Source: Octopus vulgaris (lineage: Eukaryota). From it: a stretch of 64,000 nucleotides of DNA. A program made the translations under genes and the position numbers. Positions 1-14,085 of the stretch are shown one piece after another. The notes beneath the pieces were generated by a model. It saw only the letters and a list, made by a program, of their open reading frames with translations, made no database searches and had not been told where the DNA came from. The stretch lies in contig OX597826.1 of assembly GCA_951406725.2 (NCBI GenBank), positions 46,438,001 through 46,502,000 of the forward strand. Direction: 5' to 3'. Each line of letters opens with the position of its first letter. Position 1 is the first letter of the stretch.

Positions 1-466
1 GACAACAATTGCAACAATGGCGATAATGATGATAAATTAAACTATGGCAAGCTGGCAGAACCGTTAGCACACCAGGTGACATGCTTAGCAGCATTTCATG
101 TCTTTGCATTCTGAGTTCAAATTTTGCTGGGGTCAACTCTGCCTATCACCCTTTCAAAGTCTAGCAGTGGTGAGGGACAAATACAAGCATAAAGACATAC
201 ACACACACACATACTGTATATATCTTATATATATGTATGTATATGTATATGATAGATTCCTTTTAGTTTCTCTTTACTGGGGCTTAGGTAGAAGATACTT
301 GCCCAAGGTGTCATGCAGTGGAACTGAACCCAGAATAAAACATGCCCATGCCTAGGTCTGACCCTGAAACCATGGAACTGAGAAGCAAATTTACTATCCA
401 CACAGTTACACCTGAGCCAATACATAAGATAATTATTAAACTAGTTCAAAGCTTAATCCAACTCTC

Positions 467-507
<41 letters not shown>

Positions 508-1262
508 ATACAAAACAAAAGAAGAGAGAAAATGGGGAAAGACAATATTTTCTGAGAGATTCAAAATGAAAAACACAAACATAAGACAAAATGAAATATA
601 GTCCTCCAAATGTTGTCATAACATTACACTCCTTGCAGACAACATTACACTCCTTGCAGACAACGCCCAGGTATAAAATATAACAAAATATATTAAAAAA
701 ATATATATAAACCCCACACCTTCAATCTCTGTATCCCTCTCTCTTTCTCCTTGTCTTTCTCTCTTTCAACATTTCGTAAAACGAGCCAATAACAATAGTG
801 TCAATTGTTGTATGCTTAACTTGAATTTTTCCCCATTGCCAGATCTATAGTTTGCTGTCTTCTTAAACCAGTTTTTTTTTTTAATGAATTTTTATGTAAG
901 AGTAAGAAAAATATACATTGAAAAGAAATTTAAAAATTGAGGCAAAAATACTATAATTAAATGTATATTTTAAAAATAAAATATCTAAGACATCTGCTTT
1001 CTTCATTTATTTTTTTTTTCTTTCATTCTTTACTGAACAATAAAAACTAAGTAAAGGGGAAGGATTTCTTTAAAAAAAAATAAAGGATTTCGGAATTTTG
1101 CTTGGGAAACATATTTCTTGCAAAAGGGAATTTAAAATTCTACAATGGCTAGAGAAATTTTTAAAAAATAGGCAAAAAACCCCCCATTAAAATGGAAAAC
1201 CAAACACATAAAAGTAAAAAAGAAACAATATGTGTATGTATATAAACATATACACATACATG

Positions 1263-1298
<36 letters not shown>

Positions 1299-2011
1299 AT
1301 ACATACATACATACATGTGAAATATAGAGGATAACTGAGTATTTAGGAATTTCTTTTGAACAGGAAGCATTGAGAACATATAAGGATTATTCTGTCAACC
1401 TCAAGACATTTCTATTGAAACCGTTTCCAACATCATCAAAATGAACTTCAGTCAAACAGGAATTGCAGGAGACTTTCTCTGTTGGGAGTTACAGAATTTC
1501 GAAAATCAGAAAAGACTCTGTTTTATTCATTCATTTATTTATCTATTTATTAACTTTTAGTTTTTCTTTCACGAAAATTTTTAACAAGAGGCATTATTAC
1601 ATCGACTTTTGAAATAGGTAAGCAATTCTAAGAGGCTGCCGCTCACAACAAAATGTACCCAGCACTACAAGAAACTGACATATGAATGAAGCTGTGGCAG
1701 AAGAAAGGGCCACCACACTTAGCCTTCACGCTATTTAATTGCCGATAAATTGTACAAAAGAATAAACTTTGCATAAAGTGAATATCTAGCGAGTAAGTAT
1801 ATTGTATGTCTGTCTATGCAAATGTATACATACATGCATAAATACATATATACATATATATATATAAATACATATATACACACAAATATGCATATATATA
1901 TATGTATGTATGTATGTATATTGTAACAAAGAAAACACACAAATTTGGACACATGTTCATATATATAAATGGTGACATTTTTAGAGAATATAATACATTT
2001 ATATATACATT

Positions 2012-2043
<32 letters not shown>

Positions 2044-2620
2044 TCTTTAAAATGTCACCATTTTTGAAGTCATTGATGATGTTCTTTGCACTGATTCAGA
2101 GATTTTTCTATTCAAAGAGGAAATCAAAACCGAAATCTGACCCTGTGTACAATTCAATACCTTAACACAATTTGAAATGTATTCTCAGAATTTTTACATT
2201 GAAAAACTTTGGTAATATTCGTATTTATTTTATCCAACGGAAAATATTTAAATTAATTTACTCGCTAATTGTTGTACTCTAGTACAATCAATTTAATACT
2301 ATAAGCTCAACGAGGCAATAATGGCATAGAACAAACTTTCCCGCTTCTTAGTAAGCCACAATGGAACTAATTCTGTAATTGTGTAGTTCGTTAATATAAA
2401 ATTAACATGCTAATTGTATCACTCGATAAAGTCATTAGCGAATTTGTATTAACAAAACAATTGGCAAATGTATATGAATGTAAAAATCACTTCTCTAATT
2501 AGATTCATTAGATTATGGACTAAGTTTACAATTGTAATATATCTGTGTGTACATACATACATGCATACATACATACACCACACACACATATGCATGTGTA
2601 AATATAGATATACATATATA

Positions 2621-2766
2621 CATCTAGATAAAAGCATTTGTATGTTTGTGTGTATATATATATATATATATATATACATAAATCTAGATATAGGCATTTG
2701 TATGTTTGTATATATATATATACACACACACACATATATACATCTAGATATAAGCATTTGTATGTT

Positions 2767-2808
<42 letters not shown>

Positions 2809-2846
2809 TTTACATATATACATCTAGATATAAGCATTTGTATGTT

Positions 2847-2896
<50 letters not shown>

Positions 2897-2936
2897 TATA
2901 TACATATATACATCTAGATATAAGCATTTGTATGTT

Positions 2937-2950
<14 letters not shown>
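2621..2950. repeat. Compound tandem repeat: 5 copies of a ~30-bp unit separated by variable (TG)n/(TA)n tracts
   Basis: CATCTAGATATAAGCATTTGTATGTTTG and close variants start at about 2621, 2681, 2741, 2821 and 2911. Confidence 0.85.
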
Positions 2951-2973
<23 letters not shown>

Positions 2974-4413
2974 GTATGTGTATATGTATGTATGTATATA
3001 GACACAGATGCACACACAAAGAGCATTAATGTTGTAGCTGTGATCATGATACAAGGGTGGCCAATTTAATTACACAAAGTGAAATGAAACTGATTTAGTG
3101 AAGAATTTGTATCAGTAAAATAGCAGGTAATAAGAAAATCTGTTGTTAAAATACTAATCTTAAAATCACTATCATCATCATCATCATCACTACCATTATC
3201 ATTCCCAATGCCACCACAAACCATACAACCACCGCCTCACGACAACTACCACTCCACCACTGTTATCATTATCATCAACATCATCACCAACACCACAACC
3301 ACCAGTATGACTGGCAGCACCACCAACATCACAGTTACCATCAGAACCACCACCAACACCATCACCACAACTACAACTGCCACCTACAACAAGATTACTA
3401 CCCCCATCACCATCATAATTGATATGTAACTATCATAATGCCAGAAGTTCTCTTTCTGAAATGTTTATAAAATTCTGAATTCAATAAAGATTTCCTTGTA
3501 TATCTATCAATAGATTAAGATTTTGCATATTTCTTTTCCTATAATTAGAACAGAGAAGGCGCATGGCCTAGTAGTTAAGCAGTTGCACTCACAATCGCTA
3601 GACCATAGGTTCAATTTCCAGGCCAGGTAGCGCTTTGTGTTCTTAAGCAAAACACTTCATATCACACTGCTCCATTCCTTCTTTAGATCATGGGGAGGAA
3701 TGTCAGGCTGCTCACCTAGCCAGTAGGGTGGCATCATTTAAAGGCTAAAATGGTACAAAGTGGATTGTGACAAGCAATGTATAGCAACATCTGATAGTCT
3801 GGTCAGCCACATGACAATATATTCATTATGGAAACAATATAGAACTAACCCTTTACTTTTTAATTTATTTTTAATTCTCTCACTCTCATCTTTGCCAATC
3901 AGGATAGTGAGACAAACATCTCATCCTTATACTTTCATTATACTCCTCCTACTGCCACTCACTTCCTACTTGTTGTTTGACAACCTGCTATTCCCACCTT
4001 TCCTTACCATGCCAACAAATAAATACAATTTGTTAATTATTTTATGTCAACGTTCTTATCAAAGATTAAGAAACAGAATTTTAATTACAATTTTAATTGT
4101 AAAAAGCACTGAAGCTAGTTCCTCATAAAAAGCACACAGTACACTCTGTACAGTGGTTGGCGAAAGAAAGGGCATCAAGTCATACAAACCATGCCAGATC
4201 AGACAATGCAGCCTGGTGTGGATCCCAGCCTTACCAGCTTCTGTCAAACTGTCCAAACTATGCTAGCATAGAAAGCGGACATAAAATGACGATGCTGTTG
4301 ACGATTCTATAAACTTTCTATCTAGATTGAAATTAAGAAAAACATGAAAGCATTTTGAGTTTTTTTTATAAAATCCCTACAATATTTGTAACTCTCCGTT
4401 TTATACACATATA

Positions 4414-5087
4414 CAGAGTGCGATGGGTAAATTGTTGTCATTTTATATTTTTAATTTTGCGCATACATTGTTTGTTTTTTATTTTGTCAACTACACAGTA
4501 TAGTAGGGTCAGTTGGGCACCATCTGTGAGAAAAAACAGTACCATGGCACAATTCACTGCCAGAAAATTGGAATTGACATGCTGTACTGCTTGGCATTCA
4601 GGCCGGAAGTTCCAATATGAATATTTCAGAGTGTTTGTGTGTCAATCTGAAGACATGTACCAAAAGTGATAAAAATAAAATATCTAGTTAACATCATGGT
4701 GTTTGGAGTGATCACTAGCCATGGCGACGTTATATCACCATTCATCTTCCCACACAGCCTCAGACTCAACACAGAGGCCTACATCCAGCACCTGGAGGCG
4801 GTAGTGCTGCCCTGGGTCAAGAGGGTGGCTGCTGGAAGACCCCTATGTCTGGCAACAGGACTCTGCACCATGCTACACAAACAGGAGAACCTAGTCATGG
4901 CTGTCAGACAATTTCTACAACCACATCCACCCCCTAACATCAGGCCATGTAACTCCTCAGACCCCCTTGATTTTTAAATGTGGAGCACAGCTGAGCAAGA
5001 GACCGACAAAACTCCATGTAACACCAAAGATGAACTGGAGGCAAGGATTATGACAACATTCACCAACTTAAACAAGGAGACTGTCCA
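4414..5087 (+). mobile_element. Decayed Tc1/mariner-superfamily DNA transposon remnant
   Basis: Starts TA|CAG. Translations MVFGVITSHGDVISPFIFP..LNTEAYIQHLEAVVLPWVKRVAAGRP and a degenerate PPNSPDxNPLDF-like motif resemble a transposase C-terminal half; frameshifted. Confidence 0.75.
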
Positions 5088-5385
5088 GTTCGACTAAAGA
5101 CAGTGCTCCAGCATGGCAGCCTTCAAGTGACTGAAACAAGTAAAAGAGTGAAAGAATAACACACACATATAAACATAATAGATGCAACACACACACATAC
5201 AAATATATATATGTAACAATACATAAACACACACACAGACACACAGACGCACACACAGTCTATTTACTGGAGATTACAACCCTAGATAACCTAATCAAGA
5301 TGTTGAAGGAGTAATTATCAAGTATCATTGACACAGGAGTGTCAATGATACTTGTTTAATCACAACAAACACATAAACACCAATT

Positions 5386-5496
5386 ATATATACACACACA
5401 CACATATGTAAGTAGATAGATAGATAGATGTATATACATACATACATACATATATATATATATATATGTACATACATATACATATACGTACATACA

Positions 5497-5536
<40 letters not shown>

Positions 5537-5993
5537 CATACATACATGTATATATATATATACATACATACATGTATATGCATACATATATGTACATATA
5601 TATGCATACATATATGTACATATATATATATACATATATGTATATGAATATACATACATATATACATACATGTATGTACATATATATATATGTATATATA
5701 TACACATATATATGTGTATATATATACACATATATATACATACACATATATATGTATATATATATATATACACATATATATACATACACATATATAGATA
5801 TATTTATATACACATATATACACAAACATATGTATATACACATATATATAAGTACATATGTATATATGTACACATATATATGTACATATACATATATATA
5901 TATACACACATACATATATACATATATTTTCACATATATATACACATACATATATATAAATTCACATATATATATTTAACATATGTATGTATA

Positions 5994-6034
<41 letters not shown>

Positions 6035-6220
6035 GTGTATATATATTTATATATATACATATGTACATATATATATATACCCACACATGTGCATATATAT
6101 ATATATATATACATATTCACACATACATATATATATATATATATATGAATTATATACGTGTGTGTGTGCGCACGTGTCTCTATGTATTATCATACATACA
6201 CACACACACACACACTCACA
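5386..6220. repeat. Cryptic (TA/CA/TG) microsatellite field
   Basis: About 830 bp of interleaved TA, TACA and TATG units; source of the YIYI-type ORFs. Confidence 0.95.
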
Positions 6221-7224
6221 CATACTAACATGGAAATCTGGCTTCTATAAGTATATTTACTTTCCTGAAGGGTCATTGATGATAGCAAATAACTTGAAAG
6301 TAGTCAACAAGTCTCTTGCTGTTCTGTGTACTACAACCGATTTATCCACACTTGTGAATGAGCTTTTTCTGGCAGCCGGCACTTGTTAATGTTTTTACAC
6401 ATCGTAACAACAACAGAAAAATTAAAGATTTAAAATAAATTTCAAATGAAATTGAAAGATTCCAAAATGTGAAGGGCTTTAGGAAATATGGTGAGAGCCG
6501 TCTTTAAAGATATCATTGTCGCTATTGTCGTATATTCATTTCTTCATGCTGGTGTGGGTTAGATGGGATTATTTCCATGGAAGTCTTTTTTAGGTTGTAT
6601 ATTTATGAATCTAGCAAGGGTCTCTGGTCATCAGATTGGATATGAACCATTTCATATTCGTCACCATCATTACCAACATCCCTCCCACACACAACTACCA
6701 TCACCACCACCATCACTATCTTCATTATTACCGTCACCTTCAAATTCCCCCGAGGTCAACTTCGCCTTTCATCCTTTCGGGGTCAATGACATAAGTACCA
6801 GTTACATACTGGGGTTGATGTAATTGACTAGCCCCTTTCCCCAAAATTGCAGGCCTTGTGCCTATACTAGAAAGGATTATTACCATCACCACCATCCAGT
6901 CTGATGATTGGAAATACAACACTGGAATAACAAGATGTGAGATACCAGTTATTACAACCATATATATATGTGTGGATGTATGAGTTAGAAGGTCTGTGCA
7001 GTTTTTGACTAACAAAGTGTTGCTTAACCAATTGGCATTTAGATTATTCTGTCTAAATGTAATGCCTATTTATTCACATTGCTTTGAATTAATCACACAT
7101 TATCACATATATTTGAGATTTCAATGACGTGATTGTTTATTTTTAAAATGACATTGCAGTGTCAGTGTGAGAGGCTGGATCTGGCCAGTTAGGACATAAA
7201 TCAGGTAGACAATTTGGGCCAGTT

Positions 7225-7852
7225 ACATTGAATCTATTGCCATATCGGCTGCAATGAAGGTAGGCTCACTTCTTCATTCGAGGAGTTATCAAACTCCTGA
7301 GACTATTCTTTATCTTTATAAGTCCACCATTCTTCCCTGCATTGAGTACTTTTGTCCCATATGGACAGGTGCTCCTGTGGATTGTTTAACTCTATTGGGC
7401 TGCATTCAACACCGTATTTGTAATGCTGCTGGTCCTGATCTATCTTCTAAATTGGATTCATTCTCTCATTATCGTCCTGTGGCTTCTTTGTCTCTTTTCT
7501 ATAAGTATTTTCATGGACATTGTTCAGCTGAGCTCTCTTCTCTGGTTCCTCCTTTAAGAACTTATCAGCAATCAACTAGACCTGCATTCAGTTCACATAA
7601 GTATGCTGTGCAACCTCTAAGTGCTGTAAAGCACATTGCAGTACCAGATTCTTCCCTCACACTTCTGAACTTTGGAATTCACTTCCACAGTCTTGTTTTC
7701 CTCTTCAATATGACCTCCAGTCTTTTAAGTCTAATGCACATCGTCCCCTATTGACTTCTGTCTAGTGTCCATTTAATTCTAATAGCTCTTACTTTTTCAA
7801 TAGTCTAAGGGCCTTGTAACGGGTGAACGCTTTGAAAAAAAAAAAAAAAAAA
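7225..7852 (+). mobile_element. 5'-truncated LINE (CR1/L2/Jockey-group) 3' end with poly(A) tail
   Basis: ORF 7254-7754 reads LYLYKSTILPCIEYFCPIW..SLSLFYKYFHGHCSAELSSLVPP, typical of post-RT LINE ORF2; followed by an A-run at about 7835-7852. Confidence 0.8.
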
Positions 7853-8390
7853 GAATTACACCTTACTGTCACACATAAAGAAACAATTCCTTTTTGGATT
7901 TTGAGGCACATCACAAAGCTATAACTAATAGCATGTGAATACTGGGTTGAAAAACCAGCTTGGATAGAAGTTGAAGGCAATTCAAATTTAAGAATTCTTA
8001 TAAGTGAAGTATACACTGGACAATATAGTAGTCTATGATACATGTGCAAAACAAAAGAAACAGGATGGACATGGTTAGAATGCCATTGACCATAGGTCTA
8101 TTTTACCAGGCCTCACCTAACCTAGGGTTAAACAAATGAAGTAACTGCATAGATTGCACCTAACATTCACAAAGCTATTTATAATGGCAATGATATTCCA
8201 TTCAGAAATATAAAATAATTGAAATACTGGAAACTGCTGAACATATTAGAATAATGTGTGTGTGTGTGTGCACATTTTAAGATCTTAATCAGTTTACATA
8301 TGCACTTAGTATTATATAATATATATGTACATGTAAAACGTATAATACTAATTGCATAAACTAATTAATTTCTATGTATGTGTGTGTATG

Positions 8391-8429
<39 letters not shown>

Positions 8430-8727
8430 CATATGCATAAATGTGTATGTATATATAGTACACACCCAGTACTTCATCCATTCATGATTACATATATATA
8501 TATATGAATGTATGTATATATACATACACACACACATACCCATGCATAAAGTTAACACTAATAAGCTAACTACTTAATAATTACTGAATCAATTAATACA
8601 TCCCAAAGAAAATTAAACCAATTATGAACTTAATGTAATTGCAACACTGAAGGCCTACATACATACACACACATATGTATATATATGTGTGTGTGTGCAT
8701 ATATACACACACACATATATAAATATA

Positions 8728-10113
8728 TACATACACGCATATATAGACATATATATATATACACACATACGCACTCATATAGCCCCCCCCACACACACAC
8801 ACACCTTCCACAACAAACAGAAAACTAAAGGGAATGCATGATTTCAAAGAAATGTGATTATATGATGTAAGATGACATGTGATAAAGTGTCGATGAGATG
8901 ATTATGATGACGATAAAGTGATGGTGTGATGATGGCAAGATGATAACAACGATAATAAAGCGAAAGTAATCGCTAACCAAAGGTCGGTGCTAAACAACAG
9001 TTCCAAGAAATTAAGGAGATGAAAGATCAATCTCTTATTAGAACGAGCATAAATCAGGATAACATTCCCCAGAATATCCAGTATGTATTGCCGACAGGGT
9101 GGCTGACCAGTGGTTGGGATGGGTAGGGCTTAGAGAATTAATTGTACAACACAAATATTGATTTCACAATTAGCCACAATGTCACATTTTCTGGGGGAGA
9201 AGAGAGTGAAAGCCAATGCCACCCTCGATGGGAATTGAACCTAGAGTGTAGGTTTTAATTTGGATTACTGTAAATTCATATCACTGATCCAGGGAAGCCA
9301 CAAGCAAGTTGCTGTGGAAAGAGTTAACCTTTTTTTTTTGTCATATTTCAACTGAAATATATAGCTTTTGTTTCAATTAATTTTCAAAAGAATGAAGAAT
9401 TTCAGTAAGATAACTTGGTCATTTTTAAGCTGTTTAAAACATAAAATAACACAAAATTTTGAAAGGAAACAAGGAATTTATATCCTAGAACCAGAGGTGG
9501 TCTCGATAGCATGGTATCATAACAATTAACCCTTTAGTGTTCGCATCATTCTGCCAAAATTAATGCCTTTTCATCCACATTGTTTTGAACTAATGCATTA
9601 CGTTGTAGCTATAAGATTTTGATGAGGTAGCTGTTAATTTTTCCAACGATATTGTAGGGTTGGTGTGAGAGACCAGATCTGGCCAGTTTGAACATAAAAC
9701 AGGCAGAATACTTTTGGCCGGATATGGCCGGTTTAAATGCATACACGCATATATACAGACATATATATATACACTCATATAGTCCCGCCCCCCACACACA
9801 CACACCTTCCACAACAAACAGAAAACTAAAGGGAATGCATGATTTCAAAGAAATGTGGTTATATGATGTAAGATGACATGTGATAAAGTGTCGATGAGAT
9901 GATTATGATGACGATAAAGTGATGGTGTGATGATGGCTTAGAGAATTAATTGTACAACACAAATATTGATTTCACAATTAGCCACAAGGTCACATTTTCT
10001 GGGGGAGAAGAGAGTGAAAGCCAATGCCACCCTCGATGGGAATTGAACCTAGAGTGTAGGTTTTAATTTGGATTACTGTAAATTCATATCACTGATCCAG
10101 GGAAGCCACAAGC
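8728..10113 (+). repeat. Local direct duplication (8728-9305 and 9740-10113); second copy has an internal deletion
   Basis: Near-identical sequence CCTTCCACAACAAACAGAAAACTAAAGGG...GGAAGCCACAAGC occurs twice; copy 2 lacks 8937-9129. Confidence 0.9.
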
Positions 10114-11180
10114 TAAAGGGGATTACATTTCTCAGTCCCTCTGGCTGGTTACTATCTCTCTTTCTGCCTATTGAATGTAGAGTGCTGTACCCAAACCACA
10201 TTATTCTCTCCACATATCAGTTCATAAGTTTTGTTTATTAGACTGCCATTTCTTCAGCAATTTCACATTTAGGTATCCATTCTTTGGCCAAACTTTTAAC
10301 CATTTGGTTTGCTTTTCTTGAGTCCTTTACTCCAAGATTTCAACAATGGGAAAGTGTCACACCATTTTAGCAATTCGCAAGGTGACCTATATCGCTATTG
10401 CATTGACAACTGAAAAAAACCTAGTTGACCACAACAACATTTGTATATCAAAGGAAAAGGAATATGTTTATTATTCATGAAATTTTTATGATTAATCAAA
10501 ATTAATCCGATATGGGTCTTCTCTCTATATAAATCTTTATACACTCATATATATCATCATCATCATCGTTTAACGTCTGCTTTCCATGCTAGCATGGGTT
10601 GGACGATTTTGACTGAGGGCTGGTGAACCAGATGGCTGCACCAAGCTCCAATCTTGATTAGGCCGAGTTTCTACAGCTGGATGCCCTTCCTAACGCCAAC
10701 CACTCCGAGAGTGTAGTGGGTGACCAGTTCCATCATGTCACACACACACACACACACACATACACCTAAACGGATTTCATTAAGTTGAACTGGGTTGTTA
10801 GGGATATCATAGTTTGTATTACAGCCAGATAAGGCAACACAGAAAAGGGACACGGAGAAACACCAACCAGAGGAAATTCTTATACTATCACTGCTACCTC
10901 AGTGAAATACTAAGACGGTTTTCCAACAACAGTGGGCCAATCTATTTTATTCTTCTATCTTGTGTTACTTGCTTCAGTCACTGAACTGTGGCCATGCTGG
11001 GGCACTGCTTTGAAGGGCTTCGTTAAACAAATCAACCGCAAGGCTTATTTAAAAAAAAAAATTAGTACTTGTTCTATCAGTCTCTTTTGCCAAACCACTA
11101 GGTTACAGATGCTGTAAACTCACCTACTTGGATTGTCAAGCAGTAAGGGGGACAAGCACAGCAAAAAGACAGACACACAC

Positions 11181-11214
<34 letters not shown>

Positions 11215-11244
11215 CCAACCAATTTTCCAACTTCCTGTGTTATT

Positions 11245-11545
11245 CATCATCATCATCATCATCATTTAACGTCCGCTTTCCATGCTAGCATGGGTTGAAC
11301 GGTTCAACTGGGGTCTGGGAAGCCCGAAGGCTGCACCAAGCCAGTCAGATCTGGCGGTGTTTCTACAGCTGGATGACCTTCCTAACACCAAATACTCCGT
11401 GAGTGTAGTTAGCGCTTTTTATGTGCCACCGACACAGGTGCCAGATGAGGCTGGTGAACGGCCACGCTCGGACGGTGCTTTTTACATGCCAGCAGCACGG
11501 AGGCCAGGCGAGGCTGGCAACGGCCACGATCGGATGGTCTTTGTT
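11245..11545 (-). mobile_element. SINE/LINE-tail family D with (ATG)n tail and internal ~60-bp repeats (other copies at about 10555-10730, 15735-16080, 25017-25400)
   Basis: Recurrent (CAT)n CGTTTAACGTCCGCTTTCCATGCTAGCATGGGTTGGACG...GGATGCCCTTCCTAACGCCAACCAC. Confidence 0.75.
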
Positions 11546-11569
11546 ACGTATATATGTATGTGTGAATGT

Positions 11570-11621
<52 letters not shown>

Positions 11622-11952
11622 GTGTGTATGTATATATATATACACATGTATGCATATAATCATGTTCCATGCTTGCATGGGTTGGACAAAAATGTTTTTC
11701 AGTGCCTACTGGAATCATAATCCAGACACACCATAAATTGTGCAGACATGCTAAACACTAAGGCAATTGTCATTTTATTCATTCTTTCACTCATTCATCC
11801 ATTCATCCATCCATCCATCCATTCTTACATACATACATGTTTTGTGCATGTGTGTGTAATTGCACACACAATTACGGAGAAAGAGAGTGAGAAATGGTAA
11901 AGTGTAATGCATAAATGAAAATCAGAAGAATTCCTTTTTTTCTTTGTTGCAG

Positions 11953-12006
11953 ATTGCAGAAGAGATGGAAAAAGAAAGAAAAATGTTTCAGTTACAAGCA
12001 TGTGAA
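11953..12006 (+). CDS. ASAP1: Internal exon of an ASAP-family ArfGAP (BAR domain): IAEEMEKERKMFQLQACE
   Basis: Polypyrimidine tract plus GCAG acceptor and GTAAGT donor; 54 nt, phase 0-0; peptide matches the ASAP1/2 motif IAEEMEKERRLFQLQMCE (recalled, not searched). Confidence 0.92.
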
Positions 12007-12445
12007 GTAAGTATCTTTAATGACAGGATGGGCATCTGACTGTAAAGCAATGCTTTAGTAATATTTATTCGTCTGACCTTTACTACCACTGCAAAATAGA
12101 CAATATAATGAACAAAATATCAGAATGAAAATTGTATTTTTACCATTCAGCTGGTCATTATATTTCTTGACCATCCAACACTGACATCAACAGATCAGCT
12201 GTCCTCTATTATAATGACCATCACTACTGGCATTTCAAGTTTACCAGGTCATAGTGACTGACCACTAATAACTGATATCTACTTATTGCTAATGTATATG
12301 TAATAAACCCTTAAAGAGAGAGCCCCAGGATAACCACAGTCCAATGGCTGAAACAAGAAAAGGATAAAAGATAGATAGTCCCCAAAAACATTTAGTCATG
12401 GGACCCCTAGGCTAATCCCTGCTTTGATAGTGAAAGTGGGCTTAA

Positions 12446-12660
12446 CTCTAGCATTTAATCCAGCCATTTCTGGTCCAGATATTCTGGTTTTATGTTAAAA
12501 CTGAGCAGATACAATGTCTCACACCTACCCTACAAGGTCATTCTAAAAATAAACAACCACATCATAGAAATTGTGAAGCTATGAGAAAATGCATGATTAG
12601 TTCAAATCAATGTGAATAAATAAGGTTTACATTTGACAAAGAAATCTGAATGTTCAAGAG
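12446..12660. mobile_element. piggyBac-like MITE (related pieces at about 7030-7220 and 9526-9737)
   Basis: Flanked by TTAA on both sides, with short imperfect TIRs; body recurs elsewhere in the window in reverse orientation. Confidence 0.55.
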
Positions 12661-12721
12661 TTAAAGTTGTATTTGTGTGGCCTATTCTATCCATATCAGA
12701 TACCATAAGCATCCACATAAA

Positions 12722-13460
12722 TCTTTGGCATTGTTAGCTTTCCGTACTTTGTGATTTTGGCATTGCTAGCTTTCCGTACTTTGTGATTTTGGCACCGCTG
12801 GCTTTCCGTACTTTGTAATTTTGGCACCGATGGCTTTCCGTACTTTGTGATTTTGGCACCGATGGCTTTCCGTACTTTGTGATTTTGGCACTGATAGCTT
12901 TCCGTACTTTGTGATTTTGGCACCGCTGGCTTGCCGTACTTTGTGATTTTGGCACCGCTGGCTTTCCGTACTTTGTGATTTTGGCACCGATGGCTTTCCG
13001 TATTTTGCGATTTTGGCACCGATGGCTTTCCATACTTTGCGATTTTGGCACCGATGGCTTTCCATACTTCGCGATTTTGGAACCGATGGCTTTCCATACT
13101 TCGCGATTTTGGCACCGATGGCTTTCCATACTTTGCGATTTTGGCACCAATGGCTTTCCTTACTTTGCAATTTTGGCACCGATGGCTTTCCATACTTTGC
13201 GATTTTGGCACCGATGGCTTTCCTTACTTTGCGATTTTGGCACCGATGGCTTTCCATACTTTGCGATTTTGGCACCGATGGCTTTCCATACTTTGCGATT
13301 TTAGCACCGCTAGCTTTCCATACTTTGAGATTTTGGCACCACTAGCTTTCCATAATTTGCAATTTTGGCACCGCTAGCTTTCCATACTTTGTGATTTTGG
13401 CATTGCTAGTTTTCCATACTTTCTGTGATTTTGGCATTGCTAGCTTCCCATACTTTCTGT
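12722..13460. repeat. 32-bp minisatellite, about 23 copies, inside the ASAP intron
   Basis: Unit TTTTGGCACCGATGGCTTTCCGTACTTTGTGA repeated head-to-tail without spacers. Confidence 0.97.
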
Positions 13461-13611
13461 TAGTCTCTCATTTGCAAACTTAAATCTTAAATATACATTA
13501 ACTATATGAAGATATGATCTACTGGTGGTCAGTAATGTAGTGACTTTTTTAAATGACTTATTTTAGCAGATGAACATTTAAAGTTGTCTAATTTCTTCTG
13601 TTTGTTCGCAG

Positions 13612-13697
13612 TATCTAATAAAAGTCAATGAAATCCACACAAAGAAAGGAGTCAATCTACTACAACATCTAGTTGAATACTACCAAGCTCAAACCAC
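13612..13697 (+). CDS. ASAP1: Next ASAP-family exon (BAR domain): YLIKVNEIHTKKGVNLLQHLVEYYQAQT
   Basis: TTTGTTCGCAG acceptor and GTAAGT donor; 86 nt, phase 0-2; in frame with the previous exon; matches recalled ASAP1 YLIKVNEIKTKKGVDLLQNLIKYYHAQ. Confidence 0.93.
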
Positions 13698-13759
13698 GTA
13701 AGTCTCAATTTCATTTCCCATCACTTTGATTATATATATATATATATACACCAAGTGAA

Positions 13760-14085
13760 AGCATATGGCTCAGTGGTTAGGGCGTCAAGCTCACAATCAT
13801 AAGGTAGTGAGTTCAATTCCCAGGCCAGGCTGTGTGTTGTTCTTGAGCAAGACACTTTATTTCACATTGCTCCAGTTCACTCAGCTGTAGAAATGAGTTG
13901 CAACATCACTGGTACCAAGTTGTATTGCCCTTTGCATTTTCCTTGGATGACATCAGAAGAGTGGAGAGAGGAAGCTAGTATGCAGGGGTGACTGCTGGTC
14001 TTCCATAAAACAACCTTGCCTCGGATGGGAACTTTCTAGGAGCAATCCCATAATCATTCATGACCGAAAGGAGTGTTTACCCTTT
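13760..14085 (+). mobile_element. tRNA-derived SINE family C (relatives at about 15396-15713 +, 31905-32140 +, 34950-35260 -, 45580-45902 -, 57600-57850 -)
   Basis: A box TGGCTCAGTGG, B box GAGTTCAATTCC, then TTGAGCAAGACACTTTATTTCACRTTGCTCCAG shared by all copies; different 3' tails. Confidence 0.8.

Noticed and set aside
2621-2950. Constant repeat with variable spacers resembling CRISPR
   Set aside because: The spacers are only TA/TG slippage tracts.
5325-6389. Long ORFs rich in YI/HT/CV/LSIY (also at 2.4-3.0, 22, 46.6, 48.6-49.4, 50.3, 52.4-53 and 58.6 kb)
   Set aside because: Translations of stop-free microsatellites; no domain content or splice signals.
6895-6926. Hammerhead-like tccagt-CTGATGA-ttg-GAAA..actgga
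   Set aside because: Stem I pairs, but stem II is only 3 nt and there is no valid stem III or NUH triplet.
9001-9080. Possible upstream ASAP exon (FQEIKEMKDQSLIRTSINQDNIPQNI)
   Set aside because: No polypyrimidine tract, ends in phase 2 whereas the next exon needs phase 0, and poor similarity.
12696-13377. Six overlapping repetitive ORFs, or a CRISPR-like array
   Set aside because: Pure 32-bp tandem repeat with no unique spacers, no cas genes, in a eukaryotic intron.
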